A DNA stretch of 24,000 bases from Synechococcus sp. AG-673-F03 (GCA_003211205.1 QCTJ01000008.1:4125-28124); one strand, 5' to 3'. Positions 1-6,953 are shown, counted from the stretch's first letter. Program-made: numbers and translations. The notes: generated by a model not told the origin, from the sequence alone.

Positions 1-21
1 GACATGGAACAACTCAAGAGC

Positions 22-267
22 TCAGGATTTGATTACATCATGGCTTGAATGAGCATGCCCACCACGTGCAACAGCCCTGCCTTGGCCTTGATGAGAATGC
101 GCAATGCCAAGCTTATGCAGCCTTGAATGCTCTTCAATCTGATCTGTCAGCTGCACAGAGCCCGCACCAAATGCGGTGTAAATCCCATACAAGAGCGTTC
201 CTAAGACCAAAACGGCCAGAGAACCAATCATTAAATATGCGGAAAGATCTTGATTTGCAAGCTCCAT
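22..267 (-). CDS. hypothetical small membrane protein (81 aa, one TM helix, His-rich C-terminus)
   Basis: ATG-initiated ORF. Hydrophobic helix LMIGSLAVLVLGTLLYGIYTAFGAG. Protein-like composition (about 37% V/A/D/E/G). No family recognised. Confidence 0.45.
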   Translation of the reverse strand: MELANQDLSAYLMIGSLAVLVLGTLLYGIYTAFGAGSVQLTDQIEEHSRLHKLGIAHSHQGQGRAVARGGHAHSSHDVIKS

Positions 268-550
268 GAATTACCTGTCATTCAAACTGAATTTTGCCCG
301 CGCAAAAAACCCGTGCTGTAACGATTGCTTCGCCAAGCATTTACAATTGGCATCAATACAGCCATTAAAGATTAACACTCACTCGTTAATTCCTTATGCC
401 CATGCTGGACGAATGCAACCAACAGCAAGACAACGCGATGCAGATCTACGTGAGCAAATGCGCAATAAAAACATGCAAAAGTATGACTTCGTCACGGCCG
501 CCAGGATTCTCTCTCAAAAAACTAATCAACAGTCGCTCGTGAGGCTTTGG

Positions 551-580
551 CGGCGAACTTCTGCGAACTACTGCGAACTC
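551..580. repeat. 3 x 10-bp tandem repeat (cKgcgaactN)
   Basis: Read directly: cggcgaactt ctgcgaacta ctgcgaactc. Confidence 0.8.
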
Positions 581-619
581 CAAAACCGTGACTACAGGCG
601 AAAAGCGTCGAAAAGGCCT

Positions 620-871
620 TCATGGCAAAGGAGCCGAGTAGTACATAGTCAATTTCTTGGCTTTTGGCCACAGCGGATCAAGCCGTGCAGCGCCGAGATC
701 ATGGCCATGAGCTGGCGCGACTCGCCAATCCAGCAGGCCAGGCATGACCCATTCAAAGACGCGACAACGAACGCTTAATGGGCCATTTGGCATCACCCAT
801 CGCTCAGCGAAGGAACCAACAGCTGATGGCTTGATCTCTGAATGATCAAACAACACTCCACAAGAGGGCAT
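620..871 (-). CDS. hypothetical protein (83 aa from ATG 871; ORF-track version starts at TTG 943)
   Basis: First-codon-position G is about 34% on this strand, against about 20% for the exactly antisense 266..778 ORF. GGTGGGA lies just upstream of the ATG. Locally GC-richer than its surroundings. No family recognised. Confidence 0.35.
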   Translation of the reverse strand: MPSCGVLFDHSEIKPSAVGSFAERWVMPNGPLSVRCRVFEWVMPGLLDWRVAPAHGHDLGAARLDPLWPKAKKLTMYYSAPLP

Positions 872-1159
872 TCCCACCGTGACTAGCTGTACGATGAAAT
901 TGCTTAACCGCGTTTTAACCTTCCAAGCACGATTGAGTGACAAGCCACTGACAGCAGGTAAAATAGATGAACCCAGACAAACAGCACCGCAAACTTGTGA
1001 GGCTCAAGCTGAAAGCGGAAGAGTGCTTAACGAGGGAGCAAGCTCAAAAAATCATTCGCAAAGCGGATAAAGCTCATAGAAAGCTCTCTGAGGGCCAGAA
1101 TAAGGCTGCTTAACGGCATCAAGGGCAACCTCATTTCTGAGACCTTCGAACCGGTAGAG

Positions 1160-1423
1160 ATGCGGGTCGACAGATGGGTTGATTGTGGTGACGATCGGTT
1201 GAACTGCCATCGTCTCTGGTCCATGGACGAAACCACACTGGCAATGGAGGAACATTGGCCCGTTGAGGAGCAGCTCAAACGAGTCAATCAAGCCTGTGAT
1301 CAGATCGAACAGATCCTTGATGACCTTGTTCAGGACACGGCATGTTCCAATCATGCGATTCGCGATCTACTGAGCACACTGTCAGAAGACTGGTCTGACA
1401 GCCAGCAACTGGAAGCCTGTTGA
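1160..1423 (+). CDS. hypothetical acidic helical protein (87 aa; alternative start ATG 1223 gives 66 aa)
   Basis: The ORF is exactly antisense-aligned with 1052..1354(-). First-position G is 36% on the plus strand versus 26% on the minus strand, which favours plus. The strand call remains uncertain. Confidence 0.3.
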   Translation: MRVDRWVDCGDDRLNCHRLWSMDETTLAMEEHWPVEEQLKRVNQACDQIEQILDDLVQDTACSNHAIRDLLSTLSEDWSDSQQLEAC

Positions 1424-1463
1424 TCGAGGCCATGTTGCACAAATTCAAGGCTGGTGGCTCAAT

Positions 1464-1664
1464 TCATTGCTGTTCATGCAGCATGTGATGCCGGGAGCTG
1501 AGGCCGACTGATGCCAAGTTGTCAATCCAATCGTCGACAGGTTCGATTGGTCGTCTAACTGCGACTCCGATGCTTCCACTCAGTGCAAGCATCGGACTAG
1601 GCGAACCGTACACTCGCTGGATCCGTAGCGGAGGCTGGCTTGAAACCCAGTCAAGACAAGACAT
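1464..1664 (-). CDS. hypothetical protein (66 aa)
   Basis: ATG start. It is the only sizeable ORF in 1424-1696 and is divergent from the DUF3104-like gene. No family recognised. Confidence 0.3.
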   Translation of the reverse strand: MSCLDWVSSQPPLRIQRVYGSPSPMLALSGSIGVAVRRPIEPVDDWIDNLASVGLSSRHHMLHEQQ

Positions 1665-1771
1665 GGGCAGGTCAGCAGAGGAGTAATACCTAATCCTTGC
1701 AAGTGCGTGTGTTTACTCTTTCCTTGGACGTCGAACCAGGGTTAGACCAGAGGAAGAACAAACGTACTTCC

Positions 1772-2095
1772 ATGCCGACTTATCCTCCCTTGGGCCCGCC
1801 CAGCTCAAACCTCATTGATGCAGCTTCGTCTTTTCTGTCGATCCGACCTGGTCAGTTTGTCATCGTCAGAGAGCTGACTCCAGCCAGTGAAAGAGTTGAT
1901 ATCGAAAGAAACTGGTGGCTTGGACAGGTTATTTTTTGCGAGGGATGTGAGAAACATTCAAGGCTGAACTCGCTTTTTCAGGTCGCAGACGTTGATGACG
2001 GAGCCATTCGCTGGGTTCATCCGACCCAGATGACCCACGTTCTGCACGGACTGGACGGAATTGGGCAGGAAGGCTGGGATGGATTCGAGGATTAA
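1772..2095 (+). CDS. DUF3104-like cyanobacterial protein
   Basis: FLSIRPGQFVIV...NWWLGQVIFCEG...NSLFQVADVDDGAIRWVHP matches my recollection of the DUF3104 pattern (G-x-FV-V, WW-GQV, LFQV-DVD-G-I-WV). ATG 1772 is preferred over the ORF-track start at 1697. Confidence 0.65.
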   Translation: MPTYPPLGPPSSNLIDAASSFLSIRPGQFVIVRELTPASERVDIERNWWLGQVIFCEGCEKHSRLNSLFQVADVDDGAIRWVHPTQMTHVLHGLDGIGQEGWDGFED

Positions 2096-2119
2096 TTGAT
2101 TCTCAGCAGCAGCAGTCAG

Positions 2120-2145
2120 AAAAAAAGGAGGCCTTCGCGGCCTCC
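2120..2145 (-). terminator. rho-independent terminator (minus strand)
   Basis: On the minus strand: GGAGGCC-gcgaa-GGCCTCC (7-bp GC-rich stem, 5-nt loop) followed directly by TTTTTTT (plus-strand A7 at 2120-2126). Confidence 0.7.
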
Positions 2146-2585
2146 GTCTACCTATCACCAAAGGAGAAGTGCTCGACGCCTCTCCTGCCTTCAGTATGTG
2201 TATCGCAAAGAACATTTGCCTGAGATCACATACTCATTGCCGAAGGGCAGCGTGGTCTGGTAATAAGGTAGTACAACCATCATGTCCAGTGGGAGGGGGT
2301 ACAGCGTCAGCTCGATTGAAGGCTCCTGGACTGATTCGGTTGGAGTCTCAGAGGGGAATGAGCTTGAAGACGATCATGCAAGCCTGAGATGGTGAGATGC
2401 TGAAAAGATTGCCAATCTTGGGGTAAAAAAATTTTATCTATCTCAATGAAATCAGTCTTCCATTCTGGCCGGGAGAAACCTGCCCGCTTTGCAGAGATAC
2501 CAGGCAAGCCAATGGTCAGTCCGCTCATGGAGCAGAATTAAGCAAGCGATAAAAAAATGCCTTTCTTTTAAAAAAGCTTGGACTT

Positions 2586-2804
2586 TCAATCACCTCTTAT
2601 TCCTGCACTTTGTGGCTGATCCACAAGAGCTGCAGAGAATTCCTGAAAAGCAGCAGCAGCATCTACCGGGCTTGAATTATATTTTAATTCCCATTGCTCA
2701 ACCAGAGCACGCATGTCCTGCCACATGTCGACCATGGCGATTGGATTGAATTCGGAGGGCTGAGAAGAAGAATTGGACATAGATGAACAATCGGCACCAG
2801 ACAC
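2586..2804 (-). CDS. hypothetical small protein (72 aa from GTG 2804; 64 aa from ATG 2780)
   Basis: Protein-like helical sequence (MVDMWQDMRALVEQWELKY...AAAAFQEFSAALV), about 37% V/A/D/E/G. An AAGGAGGTG SD-like element abuts and overlaps the GTG, so the true start is uncertain. Confidence 0.4.
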   Translation of the reverse strand: MSGADCSSMSNSSSQPSEFNPIAMVDMWQDMRALVEQWELKYNSSPVDAAAAFQEFSAALVDQPQSAGIRGD

Positions 2805-2816
2805 CTCCTTCTAATT

Positions 2817-2839
2817 GATCAGCAGCGACACTGCTGATC
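2817..2839. promoter_or_regulatory. perfect 9-bp inverted repeat GATCAGCAG-n5-CTGCTGATC in a divergent intergenic region
   Basis: Read directly. It lies between the divergent ORFs 2586..2804(-) and 2933..3169(+). Function (operator or 5'-UTR hairpin) is inferred. Confidence 0.4.
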
Positions 2840-2932
2840 CGCGATCGACGGCAGCAAGAATAAGCGATCTCAGATCAAGTCAGCTGCGCGCCACGCAAAG
2901 AGGCATGATCAAGAGAAATTCCGCCCTAATTC

Positions 2933-3169
2933 ATGTCGCGAGCAACGCAACTCTTCAAAAAACTCGACAAATTGCTGAGCAAGCACGACACGTTTGGGGA
3001 CAGCCCGGAAGCATTTGTGGATGAAATGGTTGAGAAGCTTGATGATGAAATCAAGGCGATCCATGACAAAAACAAGCCAGAGCACTGGGCTGCGATCTAT
3101 GTGGAGCGAGGCCGTGCCCGCATCAAAACAGCTGTGCTCAACAAAGTGATGGACCGCAGCTCGGGGTGA
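2933..3169 (+). CDS. hypothetical small helical protein (78 aa)
   Basis: ATG start. Charged amphipathic sequence with no Cys, far more protein-like than the antisense 122-aa ORF 2909..3277. Confidence 0.5.
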   Translation: MSRATQLFKKLDKLLSKHDTFGDSPEAFVDEMVEKLDDEIKAIHDKNKPEHWAAIYVERGRARIKTAVLNKVMDRSSG

Positions 3170-3188
3170 AACCAGACGAGCCAGGTGC

Positions 3189-3437
3189 TCATCCAACCTC
3201 TGCCCTCCTGGCATCGATGATCCGGGCCAGTTCCAGCATGTATCCAGCAGTGCACCAGCGACCATGGCTACGAGCACGGTTTTCGACGTCTGAACGGATT
3301 TCTGCGGTTTCTGCCATCAGCAGATCTAATTCACTCTGAGGAAGTTCATAGAGCTCTTGAAGCTCCACCTCACGGCCCAGGAGGTGACTGCGAAACCATT
3401 TGCGCACCTGTTCCTGAAGCGGGATCTCCTGTGACAT
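3189..3437 (-). CDS. hypothetical small protein (82 aa)
   Basis: ATG start and protein-like composition. Convergent with 2933..3169, with a 19-nt gap. Confidence 0.5.
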   Translation of the reverse strand: MSQEIPLQEQVRKWFRSHLLGREVELQELYELPQSELDLLMAETAEIRSDVENRARSHGRWCTAGYMLELARIIDARRAEVG

Positions 3438-3558
3438 GCAACCGAAGCAGCAACGACCAGTCTGACTGCTGAATCCATATTCAGGACTCAGTTTGCATGC
3501 TTCAAAACCTTGCCCATTGAACCAGAGCTCGGTTTATTGAGGCAGATGCGCACATTTG

Positions 3559-3651
3559 ATGACTCGCGTTCTCAAAGACAATTGGCTGTCGCTTGCCATT
3601 GCAGCACTGTCACTCAGCGGGCTGCTTTGGCTTGAGCTCATCGCTGTATAG
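3559..3651 (+). CDS. candidate 30-aa single-TM micro-protein (MTRVLKDNWLSLAIAALSLSGLLWLELIAV)
   Basis: ATG to TAG ORF below the ORF-track cutoff. Polar N-terminus followed by a 20-residue hydrophobic helix. Confidence 0.3.
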   Translation: MTRVLKDNWLSLAIAALSLSGLLWLELIAV

Positions 3652-3744
3652 GCCTAGACCACTTCCACTCACCGCTGACATAGGACACAATCGACCATGA
3701 TTGAGAGGACTGTATGTAGGTCGCATTGCTTCTAGCAGGACCAA

Positions 3745-4023
3745 TCACACCGCCGATGCCAGCATTGGGCAGGCCAAACCCCATACCCAAACAACAACCA
3801 AGCCTGCAAGTAGAGACCTTTCAATTAAATATTGATCAACAGAGATTCGATTGCCCAGCCGGGGCCTTAGACACAGGCAATAAAGCTCCTCACGAGTACA
3901 GTCCTTCGAACATTCGATTTGAAAGCGAGCTACAAATTCATGGCACACGCTGCAAAACTCGCTTCTAAAAGGGGTGTCTGAATGGCGAAAATCCGCAAAA
4001 AGCAATTTACTGAATACAATCAA
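3745..4023 (-). CDS. hypothetical Cys-rich protein with C-terminal hydrophobic helix (92 aa, TTG start only)
   Basis: CSVCH...CSKDC...CLC followed by LLAGLVVVWVWGLACPMLASAV. No in-frame ATG near the N-terminus. Competes with the plus-strand ORF 3726..3968. Confidence 0.25.
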   Translation of the reverse strand: MIVFSKLLFADFRHSDTPFRSEFCSVCHEFVARFQIECSKDCTREELYCLCLRPRLGNRISVDQYLIERSLLAGLVVVWVWGLACPMLASAV

Positions 4024-4035
4024 ACTAATACAAAA

Positions 4036-4227
4036 TCAGAGTGGCTCATCCGGCCCTGGTAGAGGTTTTCTGTTTTTCCTTTGAGGCAACAAAGATTTCA
4101 AGGAACCAATCATGTCATTGGTCCTAGAAACGAAGATAAAACTGCCTAAAAAGAATACTGTTGTAATCACAAAAACAGTCGTAGTCAGCGCATCAAGTTC
4201 AAGATTTCCAATCACCAAACCAATCAT
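4036..4227 (-). CDS. hypothetical small membrane protein (63 aa from ATG 4227)
   Basis: Hydrophobic core TTTVFVITTVFFLGSFIFV with a basic, Pro-rich tail. The same frame continues upstream through two in-frame stops (see findings). Confidence 0.35.
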   Translation of the reverse strand: MIGLVIGNLELDALTTTVFVITTVFFLGSFIFVSRTNDMIGSLKSLLPQRKNRKPLPGPDEPL

Positions 4228-4559
4228 GCTTTGCGGGCCGAAACAACTCAATATTGCGGTGCATTAACAGTAGCCTCCGCCGCTGCGTTGAGGCAACAAC
4301 GCAACAAACACCGCTCCCTGGCTGCGAGCAAAAGCAACAGCGCTGAATGCGATTGCATCAAGAAATTGAAATCAAGCCGAAGAGATCAAAACGGCGAGAG
4401 AGCGAGTCGCCGGGCGCGATCGGTGAGTGAGCCCACGCATCAACACGGCTTCTTGTGGGCCAACCAGTGGACCTGCAGGAGAACTGGATGTGGTCGGATG
4501 ACTAGCCATTACCGAAGACCTGGTTTAAAACACATTTCAAAGAACACCCAAAACTCACG

Positions 4560-4757
4560 ATGCGCCCATCACTCCTGATTCTGCTCGCTCTGCTCATGGC
4601 ACCAAGTGCTGCACTTGCCCAGAAAAAAATCCCCAAAGCTCAGGGACATAACCGATGCCCCCTGGGTTATGTCAACACGCTTGGTACAACCTGTGTTTCA
4701 CCGATCTACTATCAGGTTCACCCACGAATGGAGAAGCCTGCAAGGAAGAGTGGATGA
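4560..4757 (+). CDS. small secreted protein (65 aa) with signal peptide
   Basis: MRPSLLILLALLMAPSAALA|QKK... is a classical n/h/c signal peptide with an AxA site. The mature part has two Cys (CPLGY...GTTC). Confidence 0.5.
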   Translation: MRPSLLILLALLMAPSAALAQKKIPKAQGHNRCPLGYVNTLGTTCVSPIYYQVHPRMEKPARKSG

Positions 4758-4838
4758 ACATCGGAGCCGGCTATTGCAGAAAAAAGTGAGCTCCAATTAA
4801 TCCTCAATTTGAATTTCTAGCCCTTGGCAAGAACAAAC

Positions 4839-4873
4839 CTCCGTTGCTAGACGTCGACTAGTCGGCAACGGAG
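4839..4873 (+). promoter_or_regulatory. 9-bp-stem hairpin (CTCCGTTGC...GCAACGGAG) that contains the GGAG SD of the downstream 43-aa ORF
   Basis: Arms at 4839-4847 and 4865-4873 are perfectly complementary. GGAG at 4870-4873 lies 5 nt upstream of ATG 4879. It could alternatively be the terminator of 4560..4757. Confidence 0.4.
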
Positions 4874-4878
4874 CTTCT

Positions 4879-5010
4879 ATGAGATTTTTCTTCAGTTCCT
4901 CGCTGTTGATCGCGGCAGGAATGGTTGGCATGACAGCAATAGCTGCGCATGCCCAACCCCGCCCAATTACCGAATGTGCGCAAAACTCACCGCACGAGGT
5001 TTCAATATAA
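4879..5010 (+). CDS. candidate 43-aa secreted micro-protein
   Basis: MRFFFSSSLLIAAGMVGMTAIAAHA|QPRPITECAQNSPHEVSI has a signal-peptide-like N-terminus with AHA. GGAG lies 5 nt upstream. Competes with the antisense ORF 4797..5090. Confidence 0.35.
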   Translation: MRFFFSSSLLIAAGMVGMTAIAAHAQPRPITECAQNSPHEVSI

Positions 5011-5107
5011 TCGACAAAGATATTGATGATGGCCTCTACGAATTTGAAACCATCAAAAACAACAAAAAGTGGGATATAAAGATAGACCAATAATGCAACG
5101 TCTTATT

Positions 5108-5136
5108 AGAGCGAATCTACAACTAAAATTCGCTCT
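5108..5136 (-). terminator. 9-bp perfect hairpin (AGAGCGAAT-n11-ATTCGCTCT) 47 nt downstream of 5183..5548
   Basis: Read directly. There is no clean U-run, so the terminator role is tentative. Confidence 0.3.
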
Positions 5137-5182
5137 CAAACCAGATTCATACAAACGCTGATTAGCTTATCAATGCTAATTT

Positions 5183-5548
5183 TTAGATTAAACCCAAGGA
5201 ATGAAATAGGCCTCTGCTCACAAATGCAAGGATACAAATCGAAGTGAATACCACGAGATTAATGGCTGCGATGTCGAAGACAATCGGGCTACGCTCCGCT
5301 TTCTGAGACGCACCAGAAGAGAACGATTGATTGACATCGTCCCAATAAGCAAGCACAAAACCTTTTTTGGCCGTAAGGCTTCCAGCACCAGTCACGATTT
5401 GACTTTGACCCTGACTTGCCAGCTGCTGACGGTCGATCTTCTCAGCCTCACGCCTGAAAGCGTTTTGAAACCAGCTGACGTGACTCAAAAAACCGATTGT
5501 GAACCAAAAAATTAGTGAAACACCAACCAAAGCACTAAGCATCACCAT
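5183..5548 (-). CDS. hypothetical two-TM membrane protein (121 aa from ATG 5548)
   Basis: N-terminal helix MLSALVGVSLIFWFTIGFL and C-terminal helix IAAINLVVFTSICILAFV. GGAGAGG lies about 11 nt upstream of ATG 5548. The ORF-track start at TTG 5572 is less likely. Confidence 0.55.
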   Translation of the reverse strand: MVMLSALVGVSLIFWFTIGFLSHVSWFQNAFRREAEKIDRQQLASQGQSQIVTGAGSLTAKKGFVLAYWDDVNQSFSSGASQKAERSPIVFDIAAINLVVFTSICILAFVSRGLFHSLGLI

Positions 5549-5740
5549 GCCTAAACGCCTCTCCTGCAACAACTAACCAAGAATCATCTTCTCGATGCAA
5601 TCCAAACGAGCGTCTGTTGATATAGACGGCAATCATTTGCAATGATTGGCCATTGAGCGTAAAATTATTTACGGCTATCCGTATCAATCATCTCTTTTGC
5701 GAGGTCTCCAAGCCGGCTTCAGTGCGCGGAATGGGAACGA

Positions 5741-6025
5741 TCAGGATTTCCCAGACGGCAGCTGTGCCCGGTAATCGTCGGCAACGACATCCAGAAGCCC
5801 TAAGACATAGCGATCGCTCGCTCCGATTTCAGATTGAAGGGTCTGAAGACTCATGCGGATATCTTCTATCGCGCTGTTGATTTGATTTTCAAGCTGTGAC
5901 TGGCTTGGCTGCCATTCTTCTGTCAATGAAGTCGAGGAAGCAATTTTCAAGTTTGTGGAATCTTGGTGCTTCGGGGGCATGGAACCTCTCCGTGGAGCCT
6001 GAGAATTCCGCGCTTGGTAAGCCAT
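5741..6025 (-). CDS. hypothetical protein (94 aa), Ser/Gln-rich with a coiled-coil-like centre
   Basis: ATG start. It is the longest ORF in the region. The antisense ORF 5653..5880 looks less protein-like. Confidence 0.4.
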   Translation of the reverse strand: MAYQARNSQAPRRGSMPPKHQDSTNLKIASSTSLTEEWQPSQSQLENQINSAIEDIRMSLQTLQSEIGASDRYVLGLLDVVADDYRAQLPSGKS

Positions 6026-6191
6026 GTTGATCCGTTTTAATAAAGCTTTTCATTGAAACCCCAGGAAGACTGTCAAATAGCTAACTATCGAACCGTACAT
6101 CGACGACGCAGCATTAAAAACAAACCAGCAGAGCCCTAACAGACAAGCGAATTAAAGCGAGCGACTTGGCTGGATGACCTGATTCAGCGGG

Positions 6192-6527
6192 TCAAGAACC
6201 ACGCTTGCGCCCAAGCACTTTTCTCGTCACCACACCGTCTTCTTTCTGATAAAGAACAAGGCGGCTCTCCTCCAATGTATTCAAGCTCAGGATGCCTCTA
6301 AAACGATATTGACGATTAATTGGAACCACCCATGATGTACCCATGGCCATCACACAGATCAATTCTTGCCGATCAGCACTGATGCAGAAACGCACCTTCG
6401 AATCCTTATAAACACCAACATCGCTGACATATTCAGCTTTGGAAAAGTCACAACCCTGAGCACGCTGAAATTCGTCTTTGATATTGGCTTGTGCAGAGCT
6501 GTTCAAACTGAGGCCGAGCAGCGCCAA
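6192..6527 (-). CDS. hypothetical secreted protein (111 aa)
   Basis: Protein-like beta-rich sequence. The N-terminus ALLGLSLNSSAQA looks like the end of a signal peptide. Only a TTG start is available (see findings). Confidence 0.5.
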   Translation of the reverse strand: MALLGLSLNSSAQANIKDEFQRAQGCDFSKAEYVSDVGVYKDSKVRFCISADRQELICVMAMGTSWVVPINRQYRFRGILSLNTLEESRLVLYQKEDGVVTRKVLGRKRGS

Positions 6528-6761
6528 GACCCCAATCCCTGGGATGCACTTCCTAAGCCCTCACGCGTTTCTGAACACAAGCAGCATGACGCGTCATAGC
6601 AGCGATGCAAGCCGGTTTGAAGCCAGCAACAAGCAGAATGATCGTCGTCAACAACGCATCGCAGCCAAGGCCAGGGATTTCAATCGCTACTTAAGCGTGA
6701 TCTGATCAATACATGCTGTTCTGAGCGAGGCAGTAATTTTTCGCCATCACAGAGATCAGTC

Positions 6762-6953
6762 TTGTCAACACGCGACTTCACAGAATCTGAGGATGCGAAG
6801 CCTCGATTCACTGATCCAGTATTTCTCCAACATGCTCAGGCCAGTGTTGGGCCATGGTGGGAGGATCGCATTCGTGCACTAATCAAACAGGATTGCGCTG
6901 AAGAAGCCGGTGCTTTGTTCAGGGAGTTCGAAACACCTGAAAAGGGCTTCTAA
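6762..6953 (+). CDS. hypothetical small protein (63 aa, TTG start)
   Basis: About 40% V/A/D/E/G, with the helical segment PWWEDRIRALIKQDCAEEAGALFREFE. There is no in-frame ATG, so the start is TTG 6762. Confidence 0.4.
   Translation: MSTRDFTESEDAKPRFTDPVFLQHAQASVGPWWEDRIRALIKQDCAEEAGALFREFETPEKGF

Noticed and set aside
266-778. 170-aa plus-strand ORF, the longest in the first kilobase.
   Set aside because: The composition is Arg/Gln/Asn/Cys-rich. It contains a 3 x 10-bp tandem repeat. Where it overlaps 620..871(-), the codon-position G signal favours the minus strand (34% versus 20% G at position 1).
879-1070. 63-aa plus-strand ORF (58 aa from ATG 894), plus the competing minus-strand ORFs 1027..1287 and 1052..1354.
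   Set aside because: No motifs, and they overlap one another. I could not decide by eye. Only the plus-strand ORF 1160..1423 showed a codon-position signal.
2169-2528. Listed ORFs 2169..2387(+) and 2307..2528(-).
   Set aside because: The plus ORF is Cys/Arg-rich and runs against a strong minus-strand terminator. The minus ORF has only 19% V/A/D/E/G. Neither is convincing as coding, so the region is treated as a possible sRNA or micro-ORF locus instead.
2909-3277. 122-aa minus-strand ORF spanning two smaller ORFs.
   Set aside because: It is antisense to the much more protein-like 2933..3169(+) and out of frame with 3189..3437(-). The translation is rich in Cys, Trp and His.
3966-4062. Near-identical translation-initiation stretch TAAAAGG(A/G)GTGTCTG(A)ATGG shared by the pentapeptide gene (minus strand, 8297-8317) and a 26-aa plus-strand ORF (3982..4062, MAKIRKKQFTEYNQTNTKSEWLIRPW). 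A related AAGGAGGTGTCTG occurs at 2798-2810.
   Set aside because: Most of the shared sequence is complementarity to the 16S rRNA 3' tail (AAGGAGGTGATC). A 16-mer with one mismatch is expected several times by chance in 24 kb on both strands. It shows only that strong SDs exist here. The 26-aa ORF remains unsupported and overlaps two other candidates.
4797-5090. 97-aa minus-strand ORF antisense to the 43-aa signal-peptide ORF.
   Set aside because: It cannot be firmly excluded, since its composition is acceptable. However, it has only a TTG start, its first ATG gives 44 aa, and a perfect 9-bp hairpin sits in its 3' coding part. I preferred the plus-strand reading and regard the locus as unresolved.
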